This document shows positions 48,860 through 58,432 of a DNA stretch of 64,000 nucleotides, in pieces. A program made the translations under genes and the position numbers. Location of the stretch: positions 9,131 through 73,130 of the forward strand of contig QZKI01000062.1 in assembly GCA_003598055.1 (NCBI GenBank), read 5' to 3'. The notes below the pieces were generated by a model. It was not told the DNA's origin, did not search any database, and saw only the letters and a program-made list of their open reading frames with translations. Every line of letters starts with the position of its first letter. Position 1 is the first letter of the stretch. Source of the stretch: Candidatus Abyssobacteria bacterium SURF_17. Lineage in GTDB: Bacteria; Abyssobacteria; SURF-5.

Positions 48860-50101
48860 ATGTTTCTTGTCGAGACAATAGCGCAAGCGTGGCAGAGCAT
48901 CCGGAGTCACAAGCTGCGCACCGGACTGACGATGTTCGGGGTCATCTGGGGGATTGCATCGTTCATCATCCTGGTGGGATTGGGCAAGTCCACCCTGAAG
49001 TTATTTTCCCGGGAATTCGAGAAAGTCGGCAAAAGAATGCTCGTGATGTGGGCGGGGCAGTCAAGCAGCGGCTTGAGCGGCATCAAGGGCGGCCGCCAGA
49101 TCAGGTTCACCATTGACGACGTAGAAGCCATAAAGGCGCATTGCCCGCATGTGGAGCTGGTCAGCCCGCAGATTTACACCGGCTATCAAGAGACCAAATA
49201 TGAAAATGAGGTGCTGTCGTCGGAGACTTTTGGGCTCGATGTCAATTCGGGGGTCATCCGGAATCTGGATGTTGCCAAAGGGAGATTCATCAACGCTGAC
49301 GACATCGCGCTGAACCGGCGGGTATGCGTACTGGGAGCGAATGTCAAGGAAAAGCTTTTCGGCGAAAGGGAGAGCGTCGGGGAATTCATCCGCATGAGCG
49401 GGATTCGCTTTCAGGTGGTCGGAGTTTTGCAACATAAAGGAGACCAATTGAGCCGGGTGAGCGGCAGCATTGACGACGACCAGATTTCAATCCCCTACAC
49501 AACGGCGCAAGCGCTATTCACCGGCTCGAAATATTTCGGGATGATATACCTTCAGCCGAGGTCTCTGTTCGATGACAAGACCGTCCGTGAAGAAGTGCGC
49601 CAGACGCTCGCGCTCCGACATTCGTTTGAACCCGACGACGCAGACGCGCTTCATTTCTTCGGGATTGCCGAAATGATAGGCAGGGTCAAGGGCGTAGCCA
49701 TGGGCATGGAGATTTTTTTTGGGGCGGCGAGCATCATCACGCTTCTCATTGGCGGCATCGGCGTGATGAACATCATGTTTGTTTCCATCAATGAGCGCGT
49801 GAGAGAGATTGGCATCATGAAGGCGGTGGGAGCGAAAAGCCGGCACGTGTTTCTGCAATTTATCGTTGAGTCAGTGTTTGTCACATTTCTCGCCGGCCTT
49901 ATTGGAGTGCTTATCGGATGCTCCATATGTCTCCTTATTGGACTATTCAATCTTCCCCGCTTTGTTGCCGCGCCCGTGATTGATCCATTCGTGATGCTGA
50001 TTGCATTCCTCACAATCACTCTTGTGGGCATTCTATCGGGCATCTTGCCTGCACTAAGGGCTTCACGGATGCAGGTCGTCGAAGCGCTCCGATATTATTG
50101 A
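48860..50101 (+). CDS. ABC transporter permease (FtsX/MacB-type), second subunit
   Basis: Paralogous architecture to 47612-48847 (REIGIMKAVGA). Confidence 0.8.
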   Translation: MFLVETIAQAWQSIRSHKLRTGLTMFGVIWGIASFIILVGLGKSTLKLFSREFEKVGKRMLVMWAGQSSSGLSGIKGGRQIRFTIDDVEAIKAHCPHVELVSPQIYTGYQETKYENEVLSSETFGLDVNSGVIRNLDVAKGRFINADDIALNRRVCVLGANVKEKLFGERESVGEFIRMSGIRFQVVGVLQHKGDQLSRVSGSIDDDQISIPYTTAQALFTGSKYFGMIYLQPRSLFDDKTVREEVRQTLALRHSFEPDDADALHFFGIAEMIGRVKGVAMGMEIFFGAASIITLLIGGIGVMNIMFVSINERVREIGIMKAVGAKSRHVFLQFIVESVFVTFLAGLIGVLIGCSICLLIGLFNLPRFVAAPVIDPFVMLIAFLTITLVGILSGILPALRASRMQVVEALRYY

Positions 50102-50136
50102 GAAACATAACGCGATTTGCAATACGCACTCATTGT

Positions 50137-50344
50137 GAGCATCCGACCCCACCTGCGGCGGGGTTATGTGTGAAAGAAACGTTAGGGCCGTCACGCAAGC
50201 GCAGGGCCACAGGCCCGAGGGTCTCAGACCCGAGCGAAGCAATCTCTGTTTGCATCTTCAACGCTACGAGCGAGATTGCTTCGGTCGCTCGGGTCTGCGA
50301 CCCTTCGCTCCCTCGCAATGACTAAACGGTTGCCAATTTCTTAG
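50137..50344. repeat. MITE-like structured repeat, family 1 copy C (inverted orientation relative to copy D2)
   Basis: The reverse complement is ~90% identical to 54009-54215, including the cctaagaaa(t/c)tggcaacc(g/t)(c/t)ttagtcattgcgaggg flank. Confidence 0.55.
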
Positions 50345-50373
50345 GGGCGACGGAGCACGTGAGGAATTCCGTG

Positions 50374-50802
50374 TCACAGCAAGTGTTGCCGGTTGCGCCA
50401 AATATATGCGATTGTCACCGGACCAAGGATAAGACACACGCCGCAGATGAACAGTGATTCTGCGGCGGCCATCGAGAGAGTGGCAAAGATTCCTTGCTGC
50501 AATGAATAAAGAGTGTCCATCAGACCAAGAAAGATGATTGCGCTTCCCGTGAGCAGACCGAACAAGAGTGCCCATGAGCGCCGACGGAAGATCCCGACGG
50601 CGGCGGTGAGTGCACAGAGAACCATGTAGCCGTCGGCGGCCGGGAACGAGCGTTCGTGCTCCATGTAGCACGGATTGTCAGACGTGGCCAGTGTGCCCGA
50701 AGTGAAGACCTCGACCCAGAATGCCACTGTCCCCAATGCAAAAACGATCAGGATAATTGCCAGTACGATAAGACCCTTCGGGAAAGCCTTTTCAGCCGTC
50801 AT
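50374..50802 (-). CDS. hypothetical small membrane protein (4 predicted TM helices)
   Basis: The ORF is open to 50823 via a TTG. The ATG at 50802 has a GGAGGTG RBS 7 nt upstream. No recognisable family. Confidence 0.4.
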   Translation of the reverse strand: MTAEKAFPKGLIVLAIILIVFALGTVAFWVEVFTSGTLATSDNPCYMEHERSFPAADGYMVLCALTAAVGIFRRRSWALLFGLLTGSAIIFLGLMDTLYSLQQGIFATLSMAAAESLFICGVCLILGPVTIAYIWRNRQHLL

Positions 50803-50831
50803 TTCAACACCTCCACATACCAAATGGAAAT

Positions 50832-50922
50832 GGGGTCAGACCTTGAAAATTGACAAAAGCCCCACGGAGGCTGCGCGCGCAATAAAGTTCGCTCGTTTTG
50901 TCAATTTTCAAGGTCTGACCCC
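50832..50922. repeat. 91-bp element made of a perfect 27-bp inverted repeat (ggggtcagaccttgaaaattgacaaaa) around a 37-nt spacer
   Basis: Seen directly. Located ~30 nt upstream of the 50374-50802 gene, in a divergent intergenic region. Confidence 0.6.
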
Positions 50923-51035
50923 CAAATCCAATTCCGTCGTGTTAGAATATATCATACCGGTTGATGACACTCAACAGGGAACAATAGGCATTCGACATGA
51001 CGGCGGCTCTGAGCGGGCGCATCTTATCAAAAGAT

Positions 51036-51116
51036 TGTAGGGGTCGTTCGCGAACGACCCGTGCAATCCTGGCAACGCAGGATTCGGATCGGGCGACCCG
51101 CCGGGTCGCTCCTACA
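51036..51116. repeat. family-3 palindrome copy (tgtaggggtcgttcgcgaacgaccc) extended by nested hairpins (aatcctg/caggatt; gcgacccg/cgggtcgc)
   Basis: Seen directly. Confidence 0.4.
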
Positions 51117-51156
51117 GTATACATCCACGTGAGGGGTCTCTTGCCTCGCACACCTG

Positions 51157-52140
51157 GTGGCGCTCCATAACAGACGGCGCGATACTGAGGTAATTCGGCC
51201 GATGAGCAGCATCCCTTCACCCAGAAGACGCGGAACACATCCTTCTGATGCCGTGCCGCGCCGCAGCGCAGGCTTCACCCTCGTCGAACTGCTCGTCGTC
51301 ATCGGGATTATCGGCATCCTGGCTGCAATTCTCCTGCCTGCGCTCGCAAAGGCGAGAGAAACCGCCCGACGGTCCGCCTGCGTGAACAACCTCCGCCAAA
51401 TTGCTATGATTCTTGAATTGTATGCGGCCGAGAACAAGGCCAAATTTCCTCCGGCGGAAAATAAGAGTGAAGAATTGATGCTTGATGCTAATGCCGTGTA
51501 TCCGGAATATCTTTCGGATGCGATGCTTCTGGCGTGCCCGTCCGACCCGGAATATGACCCGCGAACCAACTTCCGCCTGACTATGGGCGCTTCTCTCAGC
51601 GATAACTCCTATGGCGCGGCCACGAGGCTATTCGAAGAGGGCACGGTGCATCCCGAATGTATCGGCCCATTGAGCTATGTCTATCTCGGATGGATACTCC
51701 TGGATGACAGTGAACTGTTGGCTGGAGTCCTCGTGTACACGTGGATGGATACAGTGCTCCCCATCAGCAACTCCGTCACGGACGGATGGCGCGACCGCAA
51801 CTCCAATATTGCATCTTTCGGCTTTACAGGGCTTGGAAACGCAGGCACCAAATTCCACTACAGACTTGCAACAGGGGTTGACAGGTTTCTCATCACCGAC
51901 GTGAATCAGGCGCTCACCGGCAAGGAATTCGGGGCAAGCATTGTGCCGGTCATGTGGGACCAGATATCAACGAATATCAGCCAATTCAACCACGTGCCCG
52001 CAGGTCAAAACGTGCTTTATCTTGATGGACACGTCGAATTCAAGCGGTTCGAAAAAGGCAATACGAAGATGCCGATATCTCCCCTCTACGCCGCCATCAA
52101 TGCATTCGTGCGAAAGAAGAGTTCGCCATACTGCCCCTAA
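51157..52140 (+). CDS. DUF1559 (H-X9-DG) protein with prepilin-type N-terminal cleavage/methylation domain
   Basis: [30 protein letters not shown] (type IV pilin-like signal). [11 protein letters not shown]... C-terminal ...[11 protein letters not shown]. The likely true start is the internal Met at ~51202. Confidence 0.75.
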   Translation: MALHNRRRDTEVIRPMSSIPSPRRRGTHPSDAVPRRSAGFTLVELLVVIGIIGILAAILLPALAKARETARRSACVNNLRQIAMILELYAAENKAKFPPAENKSEELMLDANAVYPEYLSDAMLLACPSDPEYDPRTNFRLTMGASLSDNSYGAATRLFEEGTVHPECIGPLSYVYLGWILLDDSELLAGVLVYTWMDTVLPISNSVTDGWRDRNSNIASFGFTGLGNAGTKFHYRLATGVDRFLITDVNQALTGKEFGASIVPVMWDQISTNISQFNHVPAGQNVLYLDGHVEFKRFEKGNTKMPISPLYAAINAFVRKKSSPYCP

Positions 52141-52278
52141 AAGGCGGACAGCGGGAAGAGCAGCTTTGCCGAAAGGGTTGTTTCGATCAGGGCTCGCAAT
52201 TGTTTGGATTCTTCCAAAAGCTTCGAGCCATGCACGACAATCCACCATGCAAGCCCACTTCTCTGCCAAAAATAGGTA

Positions 52279-52905
52279 TTATGTCCCCCGAATATTCGTA
52301 TTTTTTGTGTATTTTTTGAGTTTTGCATATTCTGTTGAGAATGCGAACTCGATTAGGGGTTTTAGGGTTTGCAGGTGTAAGGGAACTTCAATGGCGCTGA
52401 CCGATAAAACAGCTAGCACGTAGCAACTGATTTCCTCAACTTCCAAAATTACGGCGAGAGTGAATAGTGTAATCCATAGTGTTGTTCCTAGCACGATCGC
52501 GCATTTCGACCCCGATGCCAGGCTCAATTTTAGCATTTGTTCACGCTCCGCCGCTGTCAGGTGTTTCCAAACCTCGCGAACCATTCTCCATTCATGGGAA
52601 AAATATACCACAGATATATCCCAAATAATAACGAACAACGGAATTAAACCCAACAACAGAATTGTCCATCGCACACTAACAAGAACCAAGTAGACGATCA
52701 CCGATGGCAAGAGCAACAAAGGAATGAATTTCCATATGGTTCTATATCGCACCCTGAGGTCAACTATCGAATTATGAGACTTTGCCATAGTCTCATGCCC
52801 CAAGACTTTGCTCATGCATGTAAATCGCCGTTTCTTTGAGTCATATGGAGAAATACGACCCCCTCCCCGAGGCTGCGACTTACCCCCTCGGCGCTGCTTC
52901 TGCAA
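52279..52905 (-). CDS. hypothetical membrane protein within a low-GC islet
   Basis: ~4 predicted TM helices. The start is uncertain (internal Met at MSKVLGHET... or MAKSHNS...). No family recognised. Confidence 0.35.
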   Translation of the reverse strand: MQKQRRGGKSQPRGGGRISPYDSKKRRFTCMSKVLGHETMAKSHNSIVDLRVRYRTIWKFIPLLLLPSVIVYLVLVSVRWTILLLGLIPLFVIIWDISVVYFSHEWRMVREVWKHLTAAEREQMLKLSLASGSKCAIVLGTTLWITLFTLAVILEVEEISCYVLAVLSVSAIEVPLHLQTLKPLIEFAFSTEYAKLKKYTKNTNIRGT

Positions 52906-52988
52906 TGCTGTACCAAAAACAAAGAAAACAAGGGGTCAGGTCTACACATTGGACATAATTGGGACAATTTGGCAAGGAATTCCATTTC

Positions 52989-53813
52989 TCATAGTCCTCG
53001 TTCTTTCCTCACCTTGTCAATGGTGCTGTTCATGATTCGGTCTACGAGTGAAGGCGCGATCCGGTTTGCAATCCAGAGCATTTTGCCGGCGAAGTTCGGA
53101 ATGATGATGAAACGGCCTTTCTCAAGGCCGGCGAGCGCGGCGCGCGCCACGTCCTCGGGCTGCATAATCTCCGCGCCTTCGGAAATCTTGAGCGTCTCCA
53201 GCGGCTTGTCTCTCTTGTCATCGACGAGCATCGGCGTATCAACATCGGGCGGGCAGAGCACGGAAACGTTGACGCCATACGGACGAAGCTCACTCCGGAG
53301 CGATTCCGAAAAGCCGACGACCGCGAACTTCGAGCCGCTGTATCCCGTATAGCCGAAAATTCCTTTGAGTCCGGCAAGGCTCGAGACATTCAATATCCAG
53401 CCCTCTCGCCGACTCATCATTCCATCGAGAACTGCTTTTATCATAAAGACGGTTCCGAGATAGTTGACGCGTATTTCCTGTTCCATGCCGGAGATGGGCA
53501 GCTTCTCGACGTAGCCGGCCCTCGAGACGCCAGCGGAATTTATCAGGACCGCCGGCGGCCCACAGGCTGATTCGGCTGCGTTCACCGCTTCTTGCACAGC
53601 CTTTGAATCTGCGACGTCTGCGCTAAAAAAACCGAAGCGTTGAGACTGCATGACCGCGCTCTTTTCGATCTCCTTGACGGCGGCCTTCAAGACATCTTCT
53701 CTTCGGGCAATGAGAAATATGTTCGCGCCGCGCCGGGCGAGCTCGTTCGCTATCGCCTTGCCGATGCCGCTCGAGCCTCCGGTCACAATCGCGCATTTGC
53801 CCTTCAAGTCCAT
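52989..53813 (-). CDS. SDR-family short-chain dehydrogenase/reductase
   Basis: TGGSSGIGKAIA Rossmann motif. YxxxK catalytic region (YSGSKFAV). Confidence 0.85.
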   Translation of the reverse strand: MDLKGKCAIVTGGSSGIGKAIANELARRGANIFLIARREDVLKAAVKEIEKSAVMQSQRFGFFSADVADSKAVQEAVNAAESACGPPAVLINSAGVSRAGYVEKLPISGMEQEIRVNYLGTVFMIKAVLDGMMSRREGWILNVSSLAGLKGIFGYTGYSGSKFAVVGFSESLRSELRPYGVNVSVLCPPDVDTPMLVDDKRDKPLETLKISEGAEIMQPEDVARAALAGLEKGRFIIIPNFAGKMLWIANRIAPSLVDRIMNSTIDKVRKERGL

Positions 53814-53920
53814 GTGTTTCCTTTCCCGGAATCATCCATGGCGCATTCCATATGGCTTCATTCCGCACCTATCGGGCATGTTGCCCAAATGACACGCCGC
53901 TTCATCGTCCCATCATACCT

Positions 53921-54215
53921 GTCATTCTGAGCAGCAGAGGGTCGCAGACCCGGACGACGAAGAATCCCTGCTTTTGCTACAATTCTGCCTCTGTAAACAG
54001 AGATTCTTCGCTTCGCTCCTAAGAAACTGGCAACCGCTTAGTCATTGCGAGGGAGCGAAGGGTCGCAGACCCGGGCGACCGAAGCAATCTCGTTCGTAGC
54101 GTTGAAAATGCAAACGGAGATTGCTTCGCTGCGCTCGCAATGACAGCGTGGATGTTTCTTCCACACATAACCCCGCCACAGGCAGGGTCGAAGGCTCAGA
54201 ATGACAAGAGTAGAC
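53921..54215. repeat. MITE-like structured repeats, family 1 copies D1 and D2 in tandem plus shared flank
   Basis: D1 53921-~54040 (gtcattctgag...). D2 54042-54144 (gtcattgcgaggg...ctcgcaatgac). The flank to ~54215 matches the copy C flank in reverse complement. Confidence 0.55.
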
Positions 54216-54235
54216 TACGTTTTCTGTAACACGCC

Positions 54236-55219
54236 CTATCGTTCCAGCCACTCCCCTATTCCTGACTCGACTGCCATTTCATAAAGCTTTCTCGCAACGG
54301 CAGCATCCTCGATTGCTAATCCGAGATGCATGGACATGATGCGTTCCCCCGCCGAGGCGCGCGCGGGACGCTTCGAGGTGACGATATCCGACAAGTCAGC
54401 ATATATGTCGGGGAAATCGCTGAAGTAGCCGTTCTGCTGGTAGTAACGAAACTGCGGGATGTCGTCCGTAATAATCTTGCCGAATTCGCGAAGCGCGGCC
54501 CGATGCCAGTACGTATCGAAGTCAACCGGACATGCGAACACGCCCGGCTTCACCCACCCGCGCTCGATGCCGGGTTCAGGAATCTTTTTGAGAGCGCCGG
54601 CGGTGACGATGATGTCTGCATCGCTTGTAGCTTTCCGCGACGAATTGCATCGGGTGAAGGTTTGGCGGGTGAATCTGGGCGACATTTCCGCAATATACCT
54701 GTCCACGTTGGCAGCCGAGATATCAAATGCCCGGATTTGGCTGATTGAAGGGAACACGGCGGCCATCGCCTCAGCGTGCGTGCGCCCTTGCACACCGCAG
54801 CCAATAATGGCAAGTGTGTGCGGATGCGGATTCGCCAGATATCTCGCCGCAACGGCGGAGGCGGCGGCCGTTCGCATAGCGGTGATCCATGCCGCGTCCA
54901 TCACTGCGATGGGCATACCCGTCTCGGGATCGTTCAGGATGAGAAGGCCCAAGATATATGGAAGGCCATGAGCCGCGTTCCCCGGATAGCCACTCACCCA
55001 CTTGACTGCAGCAGCATTCAGCGCCGGGACATATGCGGGCATTGCATGGATGAATGAGTCATTTCTCGGATGAATGCCCGGCTTCGGCGGCATTTCAACT
55101 TTGCCCGCCGCCTTTTCGCGAAACACTTGCTCGACGACGGCAATTATCTCGGCCATCCCCAGGCCGGTTCGAGCGATGTCGGCCTGTGACAGATAGAGAA
55201 TCTTCTCTGAAAACTTCAT
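54236..55219 (-). CDS. ornithine cyclodeaminase / mu-crystallin family protein
   Basis: Rossmann segment LAIIGCGVQGRTHAEAMAAV. Overall OCD-family length and order. Confidence 0.75.
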   Translation of the reverse strand: MKFSEKILYLSQADIARTGLGMAEIIAVVEQVFREKAAGKVEMPPKPGIHPRNDSFIHAMPAYVPALNAAAVKWVSGYPGNAAHGLPYILGLLILNDPETGMPIAVMDAAWITAMRTAAASAVAARYLANPHPHTLAIIGCGVQGRTHAEAMAAVFPSISQIRAFDISAANVDRYIAEMSPRFTRQTFTRCNSSRKATSDADIIVTAGALKKIPEPGIERGWVKPGVFACPVDFDTYWHRAALREFGKIITDDIPQFRYYQQNGYFSDFPDIYADLSDIVTSKRPARASAGERIMSMHLGLAIEDAAVARKLYEMAVESGIGEWLER

Positions 55220-55303
55220 TCGCCTACCTCATGGCACGCTGCCAACCACTGTCTTAGTACGCTCTCTCATAAGTTCGGTGACGTATTCTATCATCCCTTG
55301 CCT

Positions 55304-55335
55304 TTGTAGGGGTCGTTCGCGAACGACCCCTACAA
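55304..55335. repeat. family-3 perfect palindrome ttgtaggggtcgttcgcgaacgacccctacaa
   Basis: Seen directly. 14-bp half-sites. Confidence 0.55.
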
Positions 55336-55657
55336 GAATGCGGATACGTCAGCGTATCTATGAAAATGTGTACTTAGGTGCTTCATGTTATCAACAGGCT
55401 GAAGACCGTGTTAATTTCCCATGCCCAAAAGGGAGAGACACTGCTTGTCTCACGATGGCATTACACCGCCTTCAAGGCCCACGAGGGCAGGCCCCTACAA
55501 GAAGAATCTTGGCGCGTCTTTGGCAACCAGTCCGCGCACAGGAAATGGTTCACGCCGCGCGCGAGCATCAGCACACGATGGTTCCACAAGACCAATCCAC
55601 GAACGTAATGTCGGAATACGGTTCAACCGTGAGGTGCGGATAGGATAACAGCATCTC

Positions 55658-58045
55658 TCAAGGCTGTGTTCGATGGACGTAGAGGAGTTCCGGCTCCATC
55701 AGTCTGGTCGTCGGGTCGTTGCGGAACAGGGGAAATTCCAGCAGCGGCAAATCATCAGTCATGACCGGAGCTCCACCCACGTACTTCCATGCCGCATCCT
55801 CATTGAGCAGGAATAAGGAAAGCACTTGTTTGCCGTCGAGGGGGTCGGCCATGTACAGGCTCAAGTCCTCTTTGATCGGCTTTGCTTCAAAGTATGCGCG
55901 GAACGATTCCCTGTCGATGCGAAGTTTCTCAGGCGTGCCGATGAGATACGTGCCGAATTTGCTCGGTGAACCCCAGACGGAGGTGTGCGGGAAAATTTCC
56001 ATAAATGTCCTGAGCAACATTTTGTACTGGTCCTCGGACAAAGCGTTCCAGACGGTCGGCAGCCATTGGCAAATGATGCCGTCGGGCGTGAGCCGCTGCT
56101 TGCAGAGTTCGTAGAATTCCTTGGTGTACAGATTTGCGGTGCCAGCGCTCCATGGAGGCGGCGGCGGGTCAATCGTGATCAGGTCATACATCTTCTCCGA
56201 CAAGAGAAGATAGTTCCGCCCGTCAGCGATGATCTTGCCCACGCCGGGCTCATCCAGCATCGACGGGTCATCATGAAAATACTGGAACGTCTCGATGACA
56301 TACGGGCAAAGCTCGACAAGGTCCACATTCATCCCTGCCCTTCTGGCTGACACGAATGTAGTGCCCATGCCGAAGCATACGTTCAGGACGTTTTCGGGTT
56401 TCTCCGCGAGCGCAAGCGGAATGTGCGCCATGAGCTGTGTCTCCGTGCACAGAACCGTCATCACATGTCCGTTGACCGCAAGCATGTACTTCAGCCTCTG
56501 GTCTCTGCCGAGAACCGCCACCGTTGCCGTGGCATCCTCATCGAAAGCAATGACTCTCCCCTCCACCATCTTTGAGCCTTGGAGCGACAGCTCTTTCATG
56601 AACTGGTTATCAGAATCGAATCCCAAAAGAGGAGGAATGAGGAGAGCTCCGACGGCCCAGTTCACCGGCGTTGTGCCCTCATGTCTCATTGAGAGATAGA
56701 TGAGCACCATGCCGGCGACAATGCTCATAAGGATGAGTACTATCATACTGTTCTTAGAGCCGAGCAGCGGAATCAGAACAAAGCCGGCGGCGAAAGAACC
56801 GACGATAGCCCCCACCGTATTCACGGCATAGAGCGACCCTACTTCCCTTCCGAGCGAGCCAAGGCTGCGCGCATAGATTCTCACGGCGGCGGGAAAGGTG
56901 GCGCCCATCAGCAGGGTCGGCGGCAGCACAATGGCGAAGGTGCTCAGGAAATTTCTTATGAAATATCCCGAGCGGCTCATATGCAGGGAATATTCCTGGA
57001 ACGGCACTCTGCGAAAAAGCAGTAAGCCTGCGAAAACGCTTATCCCGATGAGCACCTCCAGCGAGCCGAACACATAGAAGGGCCTCTTGTTCCGGTCGAT
57101 GATTCTGGCCGAAAAGAGACTGCCTGCCGTAAGCCCGAGCAAATAGACGACGAGAATCATGGTGAACGAGTAGATTGAGCTGCCCAGCAGAAAGACCAGC
57201 ATCCGAGCCCACAATACTTCATAAGCGAGCGCGAGCATGCCGGAGACGCCGAAGATCAGGAGAACCACCCACAGGACTCCCGAGCGGCGCTCCTGCGGTT
57301 CCGTTTGTTCGGCGATACCGACGCTTACCTCACTGTCAGCGAATAGATAGCCGAATCGGTGATGGAGCGCAAGAGCTGCCAGACCAACGAGGACATTGAT
57401 GGCCGCCGCCAGGTGCTCCGACCGACTTATCCCAATCCATCCAATCAGGACGAATCCGGCGAGGAAACACCCCGTCATGGCCCCTAAAGTGTTCACCGCA
57501 TAAAGTGAACCGATCCCCCAGCCGGTCTTGTCCATTCGCCGGACAATGAATTTCGACAGCACCGGCAGAGTGGCGCCCATAAAAGTCGTTGGAACTACAA
57601 GGATGATGGTGGACAACGCGAAACGGGCGAGGCTCATGATATACGGGGAGTGCCCGATTCTATCATAGAGAAAGTCATATATGGGATTCAATAGCGAGAG
57701 CGCAAAGGGAATCAGCACCGCCGAGATTCCGATGAATGCTTCGAGCGCGGCATATACCCGAAGCGGGTCTTTCCTCTTGTCAATCAGGCGTCCAAAGAGA
57801 AAACTACCAAAGGCAAGACCGCCCATGAAGGCAACAAGCACGGTGCTGACAGAATAGACCGTGTTTCCGAAAATGAGGATGAGCCTGCGCGTCCATGTGA
57901 CCTCATACACAAGGGCGCACATTCCTGACAGAAAAAAGAGGAGGAAAAAGACAGGGACATACCCTTGGGGCCTTTCCTGCAACGCGGTTCGCAAACCTGC
58001 TGCGGGATTGTGCGATGAAGGCTGGGCTGGTGAATCAGTTCTCAT
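55658..58045 (-). CDS. fused MFS-like membrane domain / spermidine-synthase-like (polyamine aminopropyltransferase) protein
   Basis: N-terminal ~480 aa forms two 6-TM repeats. The C-terminal SpdSyn-like domain (NVLNVCFGMGTTF...DLITIDPPPP) has a class I MT fold. The architecture matches the 'fused MFS/spermidine synthase' family. Confidence 0.75.
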   Translation of the reverse strand: MRTDSPAQPSSHNPAAGLRTALQERPQGYVPVFFLLFFLSGMCALVYEVTWTRRLILIFGNTVYSVSTVLVAFMGGLAFGSFLFGRLIDKRKDPLRVYAALEAFIGISAVLIPFALSLLNPIYDFLYDRIGHSPYIMSLARFALSTIILVVPTTFMGATLPVLSKFIVRRMDKTGWGIGSLYAVNTLGAMTGCFLAGFVLIGWIGISRSEHLAAAINVLVGLAALALHHRFGYLFADSEVSVGIAEQTEPQERRSGVLWVVLLIFGVSGMLALAYEVLWARMLVFLLGSSIYSFTMILVVYLLGLTAGSLFSARIIDRNKRPFYVFGSLEVLIGISVFAGLLLFRRVPFQEYSLHMSRSGYFIRNFLSTFAIVLPPTLLMGATFPAAVRIYARSLGSLGREVGSLYAVNTVGAIVGSFAAGFVLIPLLGSKNSMIVLILMSIVAGMVLIYLSMRHEGTTPVNWAVGALLIPPLLGFDSDNQFMKELSLQGSKMVEGRVIAFDEDATATVAVLGRDQRLKYMLAVNGHVMTVLCTETQLMAHIPLALAEKPENVLNVCFGMGTTFVSARRAGMNVDLVELCPYVIETFQYFHDDPSMLDEPGVGKIIADGRNYLLLSEKMYDLITIDPPPPPWSAGTANLYTKEFYELCKQRLTPDGIICQWLPTVWNALSEDQYKMLLRTFMEIFPHTSVWGSPSKFGTYLIGTPEKLRIDRESFRAYFEAKPIKEDLSLYMADPLDGKQVLSLFLLNEDAAWKYVGGAPVMTDDLPLLEFPLFRNDPTTRLMEPELLYVHRTQP

Positions 58046-58173
58046 TGGGTTGGCACAGTACCGCCCGGAATCGTCTCTTGAGGAAAGTATTCCTGCTTCC
58101 GTAGTTTCAAAAGAATCACCGGCAAATTATATGAGACAGGGCGATTTAAGTCAAGGATTTGCTATTGCATGGG
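57994..58173. repeat. direct repeat R1 (~180 bp): promoter, 5'UTR and first 17 codons of the MFS-spermidine-synthase gene
   Basis: ~90% identical to 60022-60199. Confidence 0.7.
58126..58154 (-). promoter_or_regulatory. sigma70 consensus-like promoter TTGACT-17-TATAAT (minus strand) driving the MFS-spermidine-synthase gene
   Basis: Read on the minus strand: ttgacttaaatcgccctgtctcatataat. Both hexamers and the spacing are conserved in the duplicate at 60152-60180. Confidence 0.5.
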
Positions 58174-58432
58174 CCGAAGACAGGCAAAACATATTTGGCG
58201 AGTCCTGTTGGTCAAGCGAGATTTGTATCGCGTGGGGGACAAGGAAATTCCGGGGACAGAATACCTGTTTTCGGGGAAAAGAAGAAAGGGTGCCCCCTAT
58301 ATGTTCCTCGAGAACCGCGGCAAGCGCCCGGGCTTGTCGGAATGCAGTTGTCTTGTCAACAAAGATGCGGCTGGCAAGTGCAGGACCGTCGATCACTTTC
58401 TCTATTTGAAAAGGCTCCGGCATTTTCGGCAT

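Noticed and set aside
50374-50823. The 4-TM small membrane protein considered as a GtrA-like flippase partner for the GT2/GT-C modules.
   Set aside because: It lies ~6 kb from the nearest module, on a separate transcription unit, and has no GtrA motif. Unsupported.
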